A DNA stretch of 64,000 nt from Chiloscyllium plagiosum (lineage: Eukaryota): assembly GCF_004010195.1 (NCBI RefSeq), contig NC_057719.1, positions 14,952,269 through 15,016,268 of the forward strand, read 5' to 3'. The notes beneath the pieces were generated by a model. That model was not told the DNA's origin. It saw only the letters and a program-made list of their open reading frames with translations, and ran no database searches. The position numbers and the translations under genes were made by a program. Shown here in pieces: positions 50,904 through 62,869 of this stretch. Numbering within the stretch: position 1 is the first letter of the stretch; each line of letters opens with the position of its first letter.

Positions 50904-52418
50904 ATCAAGGATAGTCAGCATGGTTTTGTGATGATCAAGGATAGTCAGCATGGTTTTATTGAATTCTTTGAAAAGGTGACGAAGGAGGTTGATGAGGGGA
51001 AAGCGGTAGATGTGGTATATATGGATTTTAGGAAGGCGTTTGATAAGGTTCCCTATGGTAGGCTACTGCAGAAAATACGGAGATATGGCATTGAGGGTGA
51101 GTTGGAGGTTTGGATTAGGAATTGGCTGGATGGAAGAAGACAGAGGGTAGTAGTTGATGGCAAAGTTTCTTCATGGAGTGCCGTCACTAGCGGTGTTCCG
51201 CAAGGATCTGTTTTGGGACCATTGCTGTTTGTCATTTTTATAAATGACATGGAAGAGGGGTTAGAAGGTTGGGTAAGCAAGTTTGCGGATGATACGAAAG
51301 TCAGAGGAGTTGTTGACAGTGAGGAAGGATGTAGCAGGTTACAGCAGGATATAGAGAAGCTGCAGAGCTGGGCAGAAAGGTGGCAAATGGAATACAATGT
51401 AGCTAAGTGTGAGGTGATTCACTTTGGGAAGAATAACAAAAAGATGGGGTACGGGGCTAATGGTCGGATACTTGGTAGTGTGGATGAGCAGAGGGATCTT
51501 GGTGTCCATGTACACAGATCTCTGAAAGTTGCCACCCAGGTAAATACTGCGGTGAGGAAGGCATATGGCGTACTGGCTTTTATTGGTAGAGGAATTGAGT
51601 TCCGGAGTCCTGAGGTCATGATGCAGTTGTATAAAACTCTGGTGCGGCCGCATCTGGAATATTGTGTGCAGTTTTGGTCGCCATACTATAGGAAGGATGT
51701 GGAGGCACTGGAACGGGTGCAGAGGAGGGTTACCAGGATGTTGCCTGGTATGGAAGAAAAATCGTATGAGGAAAGACTGAGGCACTTGGGGCTGTTTTCA
51801 CTAGAGAAAAGAAGGTTTAGGGGCGACTTGATTGAGGTGTACAAGATGATTAGGGGGTTAGATAGGGACGACAGTATGAACCTTTTCCCGCGTATGGAGN
51901 NNNNNNNNNNNNNNNNNNNNNNNNNNNNNNNNNNNNNNNNNNNNNNNNNNNNNNNNNNNNNNNNNNNNNNNNNNNNNNNNNNNNNNNNNNNNNNNNNNNN
52001 NNNNNNNNNNNNNNNNNNNNNNNNNNNNNNNNNNNNNNNNNNNNNNNNNNNNNNNNNNNNNNNNNNNNNNNNNNNNNNNNNNNNNNNNNNNNNNNNNNNN
52101 NNNNNNNNNNNNNNNNNNNNNNNNNNNNNNNNNNNNNNNNNNNNNNNNNNNNNNNNNNNNNNNNNNNNNNNNNNNNNNNNNNNNNNNNNNNNNNNNNNNN
52201 GTTAGGTTCTTCACTCAGCGAGTGGTAAGTTCATGGAATGCCCTGCCAGTAGCAGTGGTGGACTCTCCCTCTTTATGGGCATTTAAGCGGGCATTGGATA
52301 GGTATATGGAGGATAGTGGGTTAGTATAGGTTAGGTGGGCTTGGATCGGCGCAACATCGAGGGCCAAAGGGCCTGTACTGCGCTGTATTCTTCTATGTTC
52401 TTCTATGTCTATGTTCTA
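50904..52418 (+). mobile_element. Young 5'-truncated CR1 (open RT C-terminal frame)
   Basis: Uninterrupted frame from 50928 up to the gap at 51900, with [26 protein letters not shown]; (ctatgtt)n tail. Confidence 0.95.
51900..52200. other. Assembly gap
   Basis: Run of N. Confidence 1.
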
Positions 52419-53385
52419 CACAACAACCATATTTTACATAAGTCCACAAGTACCACATTATTCAGTGACCTTCACATGTGCTCTGAATAAAGTATCTGCA
52501 ATAACAGTATAGTTTCCAGGCACAGGAATAATTTTTAAATTATATCTTTGAAAAATTAAGCTCCACCAAAATAATCATAATTTCTTTTTCCAAACTGTTC
52601 CAAGAAATCAAAGAACTGTGCTCCTTTTAAATAACAGTTGCTTCCAAATTATTGGTGATGTGCATTTCAAAGTTATGCCGCACCAACACCAGACTCAATT
52701 TTCTTTCTTAGTTGCTGAATATTTTTGCTAACATGCGGTCAGTTTCTTTGAAAAATAACTAACTGGCTATTCGATCTCCATCACGCTAGCTTGTAATCAA
52801 TCAGCTCCCAAACCAATGTCACTGGCATCAATAGCAAGTTTGAATGGTTTCTCATATTTCAGCACAGCTAAACTAGTGCAGTTGTCAGTCCAGCTTTCGG
52901 ATTTTCAAAGGCACTCAGGCACTCTTGCATCTATTTAAGTTTTCTGCCTCTCTTTAACAAATTTGTTAATGGTACAATGCCAGTGCTAACGTTTGGAACA
53001 AAATTTCAATAAAATCTACCCATGCCAACATTATACAAAATTGCATGCATTGTCCTAAGCAGGAGAAATTCCAAATAGCCTTTACTTTCTCTTGGTCTTG
53101 TCACATTATGTCACTCAAATAAGTAATTTCTTCTTTGGTAATTCCACTTTCAGCCAGATTTAAAACTGACTTTAGACTATTTGAAATATTTCAGCCAAGT
53201 TGTGTAAGTGCTCTTCCCGGGTTTGGCTAAAAACACCAAATTGTCAATATGAACAACAACATAGTTCTACAAATTTGTTGGTTAATCATTGGAACATTGC
53301 AGATTCTTTATCATTCCAAATGGCATAACTACAAAGTTAAAAATCACACAATACCACGTCATAGTCCAACAGGTTTAATTGGAAG

Positions 53386-53420
53386 CACTAGCTTTCGGAG
53401 CACTGCTCATTCATCAGGTG
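53386..53420 (-). ncRNA. Minimal hammerhead ribozyme motif
   Basis: CAC-CUGAUGA-AU-GAGC AGU GCUC-C-GAAA-GC-UA-GUG. Confidence 0.6.
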
Positions 53421-53442
53421 GTTGTGGAGTATAGTCCACAGC

Positions 53443-53477
53443 TACCTGATGAAAGAGCAGCGCTCTGAAAGCTAGTG
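53443..53477 (+). ncRNA. Minimal hammerhead ribozyme motif
   Basis: UAC-CUGAUGA-A-AGAGC AGC GCUCU-GAAA-GC-UA-GUG; palindromic AGCU helix III. Confidence 0.65.
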
Positions 53478-55609
53478 CTTCCAATTAAATCTGTTGGACT
53501 ACAACCTGGTGTTGTGGGATTTTTAACTTTGTACAACCCAGCCCAACACCGGCATCTCCAAATCAAGGCATAACTATACATTGCTACAGTTCACCCGATG
53601 CTGTAAATGCCAATGTTTCTCTTGCTGTATCAAGTAAAGGGTACTTGGCATTATCATTTTAGCAAGTTGATTATTGCAACAAAATATATTTTATGCATGT
53701 CCAACTCAGTCAATGTAATTCTGCAATTTTGGATTAGGATACGGCTCTGCTTTTGTTACCAATTTGACTTTGCAATAATCATTACAGAATCTTTGAAACT
53801 CATCCAGACTCATCACCCCAGCAACTATGACTCAATTTAAAACAATCATTGTCTATCATGAACATCATCTCTTCCCTTACCCGAGCTAATTTTTCGACAT
53901 TGAATCTGTATGAGTATTGTTTTATACATATTGCACTCCCCATTAACATCATGAACAGCCAAACTGTTTTTCCAGACCCAATCATGCAATTTGATATAAG
54001 GTTCTTTAATTTCTTTTGTAAGTCACTTTGATACTTTTCCGGAAGATAACACATGATGCCATTGAACATGTTATGTGCCCTCATGCTCTCCAATCTGATT
54101 GCTGAAGGGTCAACTTTTAAAGTTTCAATTTCTGACTCATTCTCTAATTGTTCTGATATTTCTATTTCACACTTCACTTCTTTCACTGTTATGAACGTCC
54201 TTCTTCCATGACTGTTGCCCTTGTCATAATATCTCTCTAACATGTTAACATGACAAAACCAATGATCCTTTTTCCAGTCTGGAGTATACATTATATAATT
54301 TATATGATTAACTGTCTTTTTGATTTGATTGGGTCCAGTGAACTTTGCTTTTAATAGTTCCTGAGAGACAGGTAACAATGCCAACACTTTATCTCCAATA
54401 ACAGCATTTTGAACATTGGCCTTTTTTATCTGCCCTGGTTTTCATTGTTTGTTGAGCACCCTTCAAATGTTTTTTGTCAGCTCACACACTTTATTTTGTT
54501 TCCCTTTGAAATATGAAACATGGATTGAAAGCACAGTCTCTGAGCTTTGGCTCATTAATTTTCCTTTAATCATTTTATGTTGTGCTGTCATCTCATGTCT
54601 ATAAATAGCTCAAAAGATTGAAACCCTATAGACTCATTTGGAATGTCCCCAATGACAAACAGTAACAAAGGAATTCTTTTATCCCAATCATTGGGACATT
54701 GTTGGCAACAAATTCCAAACATGGCCTTCAAAGTTTGATGCCATCTTTCCAACACCCATCGAGATTGTGGATGATAAACAAAAAATGCAAATTATTTTGT
54801 TCCCAAATTGGCTTTGAATATTTGCAACATAAAATTTGAACCTTGATCAGATTACTTTTCTTAGGGTAATCCATACCTTTTAAAATGTTGAACTAACTTC
54901 TCTACAACCACTTTTGCAGCAAATGTTCCTAAAAAGACTGCTTCAGGAACTTTCATGAAAATGTCCAGAATTAAATGATACCAATTCCCACTCCTAGTTC
55001 TACTTCAGGTTCTATGCACTTTATTGGGACTCTGTTAAATGGTTAAATGCTTTAATATTTTCTCCTGCATTTACTTATACCTAAATAATACTCTACTGGA
55101 ATTTTGAAAGCCACTTGTAAAATTCCATTACAATACTGAGATGGACCACTCCTAATTCCTCATCATATGGTATTTAAGGTGGTCTCCATTTCCTCATCAA
55201 TATTTTGTTTTCAAATAATACCACTCATTGTTTCTGAGTAGGCAGTTTGATATAACTTTTTGAATTCTGAATTGTTTTTGCATTTCCATGAAAAAAGATG
55301 GGCTAAACAAATCAGCCTCATTCTGTTCCTTCAACCAGCTTAGATAAAATTTAGAAAATTTTATTAGATAGCTGAATTTCCAAATCGTCTCCCAATTGTT
55401 TTTGTCCAATTCTATTGGTCTGAGATCTAGTCACAACATAGTCAGAAAACAATCCAGGATATTCCTTCAGTAACATCAGTTTCTTTTACCTCTCCTGGTT
55501 GTTCCATTGGATTTGGTGAGGCAAATATTCTTGAAAATGTCAAGTCTTTTCTCAAAATAAAATCAATGCCTTCTGTCAGAATTTGTTTCATTACTCCTAC
55601 TCTGCAACT

Positions 55610-55830
55610 TAGAACCATAAAATCATAGAATTTTATAGTACTGAAGGAGGCCATTTGACCACTGCCTCCCAAAGGAGTTTCCCAGATAATCTTATTCTCT
55701 TACTTTATCTCCGTAACCCTCTAACTACATCACTTTCAAATATATATCCAGCTCTCTTTTGAAAACTCCTGTCTCCACCACTCTCACAGGCAGCATATTC
55801 CAAAACCCAACAACTCTCTTCCTCCTCATC
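55610..55830 (-). mobile_element. Old CR1 3' end
   Basis: catagaa-type tail and aggaggccattt 3' UTR on +. Confidence 0.55.
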
Positions 55831-56317
55831 TTACTCCTAACTCTCTAAATTCTCCACTTACTAAGTCATTCTAATTCAGTTCTGTGTAATGTATAAATTT
55901 GTCTCCTTTATTCAAAAGCATAAAGAAATACCTTACTTTTTGAGGCAAAGTACATAGAACTGCTGGTGGTCTTCTATATTACTTTGGTGTCTCTAAGACT
56001 GTCCTCTTCCATCTATTTCTTCCCGATAAAACTCCCCAACTGTAATTGTCTCTTAACATTCCTGCCAGAACTGCTGTTTCTCTGATCTTACAAACTTATT
56101 TAATGGGATGTCAAACATTAAATTTTGCAGGAATACCATTTCTTCCATCATAATTTCCCTTATGTTCTCTTTTTTTATTTCAATAGCTTGAGTGATCCAA
56201 ACCACAGATCTCATAGTATTTGTTTCTGTTTGCAAATTTCACAAATGTCAAATTAAGTTTCATTCTTGTACTCCTAGATTTTAATTAATAAGCATCAAGC
56301 ACAAGCTCAAAAACATG

Positions 56318-56499
56318 GGGAAAAGTCTCAGTAGAAAGTTTGCGTTATCCAAACGGTGCCCACAATTCATCAATCATGCTATAGCCAATTCGCAATGATG
56401 AAATCCAGCAGATCAACGTGGGAATATTTTGAAATATTAAGATCCAACCATCATTTGGCACCTCCATCTGCCCAGCTGCCTTCCTAACGGACATAAAAT
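56318..56499 (+). repeat. ~180-bp segment duplicated at 57197-57379
   Basis: Near-identical direct copies (about 3 differences). Confidence 0.9.
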
Positions 56500-56543
56500 T
56501 GACTATTTGACAGTTTGTACTTGGCAGATTTTTCTTCTGTCAA

Positions 56544-56853
56544 GATTAGAGTGGTGCAGGAAAAGCACAGCAGGTCAGGCAGCAGCCGAGGAGCAGGAAA
56601 ATCGATGTTTCGGGCAAAAGCCCTTCATCAGGAATGAGGCAGGGAGCCTCCAGGATGGAGAGATAAATGGGAGAGGGGTGGCGTTGGGGAGAAGGTGGCT
56701 CTCAGAGGCTCCCTGCATCATTCCTGATGAAGGACTTTTGCCCGAAACATCAATTTTCCTGCTCCTCGGATGCGGCCTGACCTGCTGTGCTTCTTCAGCA
56801 CCACTCTAACCTAGACTCTGATCTCCAGCATCTGCAGTCCTCACTTTCACCGA
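56544..56853. mobile_element. PLE insertion with two inverted terminal repeats, each with a hammerhead
   Basis: TSD agatttttctt(c/t)tg(t/a)caa at 56526-56543 and 56854-56871; cores at 56601-56635 (-) and 56721-56755 (+). Confidence 0.88.
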
Positions 56854-56899
56854 GATTTTTCTTTTGACAAACTGACATGCACTGTCAAACTTGGACCTA

Positions 56900-57208
56900 A
56901 TATAGAACATAGAAAAGTACTGCACAGAACAGGCCCTTTGGCCCACGATGTTTACATTAATCCTAATGTAAAGTATAGTAACTTAACCTACACACCCCCT
57001 CAACTCACTGCTATCCACGTGCATGTCCAACAGCCGCTTAAATGTCCCCAGTGACTGTGCTTCCACTGCCACAGCTGGCAACACATTCCATGTATTCACA
57101 ACTCTCTGCGTAAAGAACCTACCTCTGACGTCTCCTTTATACCTTCCTCCTAATATCTTCAAACTATGACTTCTCATACCAGTCAATCCTGCCCTGGGGA
57201 AAAGTCTC
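56900..57208 (-). mobile_element. CR1 3' end
   Basis: RLFPRAG..GRFFTQRVVNTWN; tagaacatagaa tail on +. Confidence 0.85.
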
Positions 57209-57724
57209 AGTAGAAAGTTTGCGTTATCCAAACGGTGCCCACAATTCATCAACCATGCTATAGCCAATTCGCAATGATGAAATCCAGCAGATCAACGTGG
57301 GAATACTTTGAAATATTAAGATCCAACCATCATTTGGCACCTCCATCTGCCCAGCTGCCTTCCTAATGGACATAAAATCCCTTTCATATCTATTCTTAGT
57401 GTGGTTTGGTGTTATGTGTAGATTCATAGCTAAATCGAATCTCTCACTGGAATTAGAAGCATTCTCTGAGCTAATACATTCTCCTTCTTTATTTATTCTA
57501 GGCTTTCACTTGACCAATTCATTTTCAATAGTTCCCTATCTGTTTTGAGTTCAGACATTTCATTATTCCCACCTCCTTCTGCTTTTCTTTCTTCCCTACT
57601 TTCTATTACAGGTTGTTAGATTAGATTCCCAGGTTGTTCTGCTGGATTTCATCATTACAAATTGGCAATCGCGCAATTGATGAATTGTGGACACCGTTTG
57701 GACAACGCAAACTTTCTACTGAGA
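57205..57724. mobile_element. MITE-like element with ~100-bp terminal inverted repeats
   Basis: tctcagtagaaagtttgcgtt(a/g)tccaaacggtg(c/t)ccacaattcatcaa at both ends, inverted. Confidence 0.6.
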
Positions 57725-58764
57725 GGATATAGCAATTTTCAATTGTGACCTTCTACAAAGTGATTTTCTATAGCGACCTTTTACAGAGTGATTCTCTATA
57801 GTGTTTCTCCATCATGTGATTTTCTATAGCACGAGATTACAGAGGATCACAACTGTTAGATTATAGCAGATCTATTTGCATCCTCTTTTCTTTTGTTGTC
57901 TTTTCCCTTTCCATTTCTTAAATATGTGATGCATTCAATAATCTTCTGAAATTTCTTTGTCCTCTGACTCAAGCCTTTTCATTTCTAACGGTGGAGCACA
58001 AATGAGAATAGCATGTAAGCCAGTAATAAAGCCACAGCTGGACAATTGTGTTGTCATGCTATGATTCATTTTCCTTCATTCAAAGCATTACCATAAACGT
58101 GGTGAAAACCTGAGACTGTATGCACAGATTCATGAGAGATACCATCTGTCAGCCTAACAATCAAAGAATAAACCCTCTACCCCAAAACTCTACTTCCTAT
58201 CTCCCAACAAAGGTTATCTCCATTACAGTACGTGGTCATTTTTGTTAACAATTTTATATCCTAAATCCTTCAGCATGCATTCACTGCCCCAACTACTTTT
58301 ATCAGATGAATGAACCGCATGTATCCAAAGACATTCTGTACAATGCACTGACCGCAGGGTTGTGACCATTGAACTTCCATTTCTCTGGTGACCTTAAGTC
58401 AAGATGGTGGATTTAAAGCAGACAACTGAGAGACAATTGCTGAGGTTGTTACCTCTTGAGGTCAAATATTTCACAGGATGCTGGAACAGGTGAGCAGAAT
58501 AGGTAAAATCTGCAGACTGACAAGATAACACAAAGAAATAGTGGTCAAAATTGCACACCTTCTGAACCCAAAGTGAAGCAAGTGTAGCAAATTAGATTAG
58601 ATTAGATTACAATATGCCATGTCAGAGTGGAGCTGGCAATGCTTATCATTAAGTTGCCAGTGACAATGCAAATTATCATCTCACAAGACAGAAGGTCACT
58701 GAAACAATCCCACGTTGAACTTATCAACTGTCTTCTGGATAAAATATAGACAGTAGCAATAGAC

Positions 58765-59415
58765 TTTTGATTAACTATTGTCACATGTACCTAGGTTTTT
58801 CAGATTAGTGTGGAAACAGGCCCTTTGGCCCAACAATTCCACACCGACCCTCCGAAGAGTAACCCACCCAGACCCATTTCCCTCTGACTAATGCACCTAC
58901 ACTATGGGCAATTTAGCACGGCCAATTCACCTGACCTGTACATCTTTGGACTATAGGAGGAAACTAGAGGCAATCCACACAGACACGGGGAGAAAGTGCA
59001 AACACCACACAGACAGTCACCCAAGGCTGGAATCGAACCTGGGACCCTGGTGCTGTAAGGCAGCAGTGCTAACCACTGAGCCACCATGCCGCCCTAGGGG
59101 CATGTTTTGTGTGCAGTACAGGCAAACCATACCATTCAAAGTGCATGAGGATATTAGAACAGGAATACAAAGTTACGGCTGCAGGGAAGATGCGCAAAGA
59201 GTGAGATCATCACTAAATTTAAAACTCGAGAGATCCATTCAGAAGTCTAATAATAGCAGAGAAGGCCCTGTCCTTGATATGTTGGTGCGTGAGTTCAAGC
59301 TTTTGTATCTTCTGCCCGATGGAAGAGATTATAACCGGGGTGGGAGAGAGGTCTTCGCTGATGTTGGCTGCCTTCCCAAGGCAGTGAGAAGTGTAGATGG
59401 ATGCATAAAGTAATA
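58765..59415 (-). mobile_element. Rex1-like 3' end interrupted by a SINE
   Basis: Reverse of gtacatgtgacaat tail; ccatcgggcagaagatacaaaagcttgaac matches 20767-20796. Confidence 0.7.
58796..59092 (-). mobile_element. Full-length HE1/V-SINE-like SINE
   Basis: ggcggcatggtggctcagtggttagcactgctg head with box B ggttcgattcc; TSD cctagg at 58790-58795 and 59093-59098. Confidence 0.9.
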
Positions 59416-59417
59416 AA

Positions 59418-59910
59418 GTCATAGGGATGTACAACACAGAAACAGGCTCTTCAGTCTAACTGTCCATGTTTACCAGATATCTTAAATTAATCTCGTCCCA
59501 TTTGCCAGTACTTGGCCCATGTCCCTCGAAACCCTTCCTATTCATGTACCCATCCAGATGCCTTTTAAATTTATCATTGTACTAGCCTCCACCACTTCCT
59601 CTGGCAGCTCATTCCATACACACACCACCCTCTGTGTGAAAACGTTGCCCGTTAAGTCCTTTTTAAATGTTTCCCCTTTCACCCTAAACGTATGCCCTCT
59701 AGTTCTGGACTCCCCAACGCCAGGGAAAAGACCTGGTGTATTTATCTTGTCCACGTCCCTCATGAATTTATAAACCTCTATAATGTCACCCCTTACCCTC
59801 CGACGCTCCAAGGAAAACAGCCCCAGGCTATTCAGCCTCTCCCTATAGCTCAAACCCTCCAACCTTGTCAACATCCTTGTAAAGTTTTTCTGAACCCTTT
59901 CAAGTTTCAT
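59418..59910 (-). mobile_element. CR1 3' end
   Basis: KLERVQKNFTRML...FTQRVVCVWNELPEEVV. Confidence 0.88.
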
Positions 59911-60299
59911 TGGATAGAAGGTTGGCTTGAGTGATGGACTGGGCAATGTTCACAATTCTCTGTAGTTTCTTATACCTTCTTAACAACACATTCTGCAACC
60001 TCCAGAAAAATATTTAACAAGATTGGTTGGACATGATCAGCCCTTCGTAAATCTACACTGTTTCTTTTGGATCTAATTTCCCCAAAGATTACCCACCATC
60101 CACAAAACGCACAGGAACATATGGAATGCTTTGCACTTGCCTGGGTGACCGCAGCTTCATCAAGAAGTTTGACGACACTGTAATTAGCCAATATTTTGTA
60201 TCCTTTAAGCTGGATACATATTTCTACCTCACCTGTTTGATTTTTATGCATCTGCTATTGGTCCACTCAGGCAACAAATTGCCCAGTAGGAGCAAATTT

Positions 60300-62000
60300 C
60301 TACAGATGCTGGGAGCCATACTGAAAGCAAGAAATGCTGGAGATCACAGCAGGTCGGACAGTATCCCTGAAGAGAAAGCCAGTTAACATTTCGAGTCTCG
60401 ATGCCTCTTCATCAGAGCTGACGTGAAGTGTGGAGGGGACAGCATTTATGCTATAGTTGAGGAGTGTGTGGGTGGTGAGGTGTCAAGTGCTGGTGGAGAA
60501 AAGATTAGATTACTTACAGTGTGGAAACAGGCCCTTTGGCTCAACAAGCCCACACCGACCCATGCCCCTACACCTAACACTACGGGCAATTTAACATGGC
60601 CAATTCACCTGACCTGCACATCTTTGGACTGTGGGAGGAAACTGGAGCACCCGGAGGAAACCCACGCAGACACGGGGAGAATGTGCAAACTCCACACAGT
60701 CAGTCGCCTGAGGCGGGAATTGAACTTGGGTCTCTGGGGCAGCAGTGATAACCACTGTGCCACCATGCCACCCACTTTGATTGTACAGATTAAGTGATCA
60801 GAATATGAGAATGGCAGAACAATGACTAACTGCCAGCCTTGCAAGAACAGAGAGTTCCACTGTGGGGGAGAGGAAGAGAGGGTCTGGTGACAGAGAATGT
60901 AACAAACAAAGCTAAAAGAAAGGGAAGAAATGGAAGTTGGTTCACAATTTAAAGGTGTTGAACTCAATGCTTAAGTCCAGAAGACCATAAAATGCCTAGT
61001 CAGAAGCTAAGATGCTGTTCCTCCAGTTTGTGTTGTGATTCACTGGAACACTGCAGAATGCTGAGCACAGACACATTGGGCACGTGAGCAGGACACTGTG
61101 TTAAAATGAACAACTATGGGAATGTGTCCTGATTGTGCACAGACCAGAGGTGTTCTGCAAAGCGATAACCCAGTCTGCGTTTGGCTTCTCCAATGTTGAG
61201 TAGGCCACATTAGGTACAGTGAATACAATACACCAGACTCAAGGAGGTATAGGTGAAACAGAGCTTCAGCTGGAAAGACTGTTCAGGCCCTTGGATGGTG
61301 AGCAGAGGAGGAGGTGAAGGGGCAAGTGCTGCACCTTCTGCAGTTACATGGGAAGGTGCCATGAGAAATGGGTGTGGTGTTATTGGTTGATGAATGGACT
61401 AAGGTGTCCCGGAGGGAATAATCCCTGTGAAATGCAGACTGGGGGGGCTGAAGGGAAGATGTGTTTGGTGATGGCGTCCTGCTGGAATTGTCTGAGACTG
61501 GAGGTGTCTAAAGTTGGCGAAGAATGATTCTTTGAATGCAGAGGTTAGTGGGATGAAAAGTGAGGACAAGGGGGACCTGATCACACTGCTGTGAGTGCTG
61601 GGAATGGGCAAGGGCAGAAGCATGGGTGATAGGTTGAAGACCCTGTCCACCACAGTGGGTGGGAAACCATGGTTATGGAATAAGGAAGCCAAGTCAGCAG
61701 GAGGGTGGCATCATCGAACAAATATGACATTGGTGAAGGAACTAGGAGAATGGGATGGAGTCCTTGCAGGGCATGGGTTGTGACGAGCTGTAGTGAAGGA
61801 GCAATGGGAATCATTGGCTTTGTCATGGTTTATTCCCTGAAATGGAGACAGCGAAGTCAAGGAAAGGAATGGAAGTATCAGAAATGGATGTTGTGATAGG
61901 AATTGAGAGGTTGAAATTGAAGGCAAAATGAACACATTTTTCAAGGTCCTGGTGGGAGCAAGAAGCATTTAAAACAGCTGTCGAAATTTTCCTGCAGCCC
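60300..62000 (-). mobile_element. Decayed 5'-truncated Penelope-like element (RT C-terminus, GIY-YIG region, terminal repeat with hammerhead)
   Basis: IPFLDFAVSISG and SLFHNHGFPPTVVDR; minus strand ctgatgaagaggcatcgagactcgaaatgtt at 60384-60414. Confidence 0.8.
60505..60773 (-). mobile_element. HE1/V-SINE-like SINE nested in the PLE
   Basis: Same core as 16175-16428; ttagattac tail on +. Confidence 0.88.
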
Positions 62001-62869
62001 TCAAGTGGTACATGAGGAGGATGGAAAGGAAAGGATAATATCATTAATGACCATCACCTGCCCTGAAGCTTATTTAAATGATATACTTAATACAAAATAG
62101 AGATTGTCAATTGCATAGATGATCTTTAATCAACCTGTATAACAATTCTGGAGTAGATGGGACTTAAACTTAGGCTCCCAAGCTCAGGGGAAGAACATTA
62201 CCACTGTACCATGGCAGCCCTTTTCTCACAGTGCTAAGATGATGCCGTGTGACTCCGTAGTGTGTGACACAATGCAATCAAACTGTCACATCCAAATGGC
62301 GTGTGGGGATAGCAGAACATGGTTGACTCAAACTTGTTCACGTTTAATCTGGCTGCTCTCTTAAATGTTAGCTATGTCCACCTAAAGTGATCATTCATTG
62401 ACATGTATCAAATAGTAGATCATTACTATCAATGGCTGTCATTACTTGAAGGTAGTTTAAGATATGGCTTGTTTAATGCAGTGGTAGTGTCTCTACCGCT
62501 AAACCAAAAAGCCTGAATTTAAGTTCCACATGCTCCAGAGGTGTGCCTGAATATGTTGGTGAAAACTATTTGAAACTCCAAGGGCATAACACAGGCAATT
62601 GCAGGTGGGTAGGGGATGAAACACATGTTTGTTGGGGTGTGAAAGTGCTTCTGGATTTTTTTTTTAAAAGAGGCAAAAATCTCTTATGGGGAGGAAATGT
62701 TTGGCAGGATGAAATGCTGGGAGCCTTTTGTGAACTGAGTCTCTGTTGTGAAAGGGTGGAACATATCTGACGATGAGAGAGAATTTGCATTAAGGAGGTC
62801 TGAGCAAAAAGAAGAGAAAATGAGGTCTTTTACACCTGTGAGAGTTGCAGAGATTTCTTGTTATATATT

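Larger units (their letters stand above)
53335..53567. mobile_element. PLE foldback insertion with a hammerhead on each strand
   Basis: Inverted repeat; flanks ggcataacta on both sides. Confidence 0.85.
52420..55590 (-). mobile_element. Decayed Gmr1-like Gypsy pol (integrase upstream of RT and RNase H)
   Basis: In minus-strand order: SDQGSNF (~54840), YHPQS..LERWHQTLK (~54750), KAKFTGP..HVNML (GPY/F), IKQYSYRFN..EM.FMIDN (RT start, ~53900), AIDASDIG (RNase H, ~52825). Confidence 0.8.

Noticed and set aside
50928..52205. 425-aa ORF as a host gene
   Set aside because: CR1 RT fragment; its length is inflated by the N run, as for the other X-containing ORFs.
58796..59092. tRNA genes (also at 4640, 6700-6785, 60700-60773)
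   Set aside because: A/B boxes belong to SINE heads that continue into SINE bodies; no full cloverleaf.
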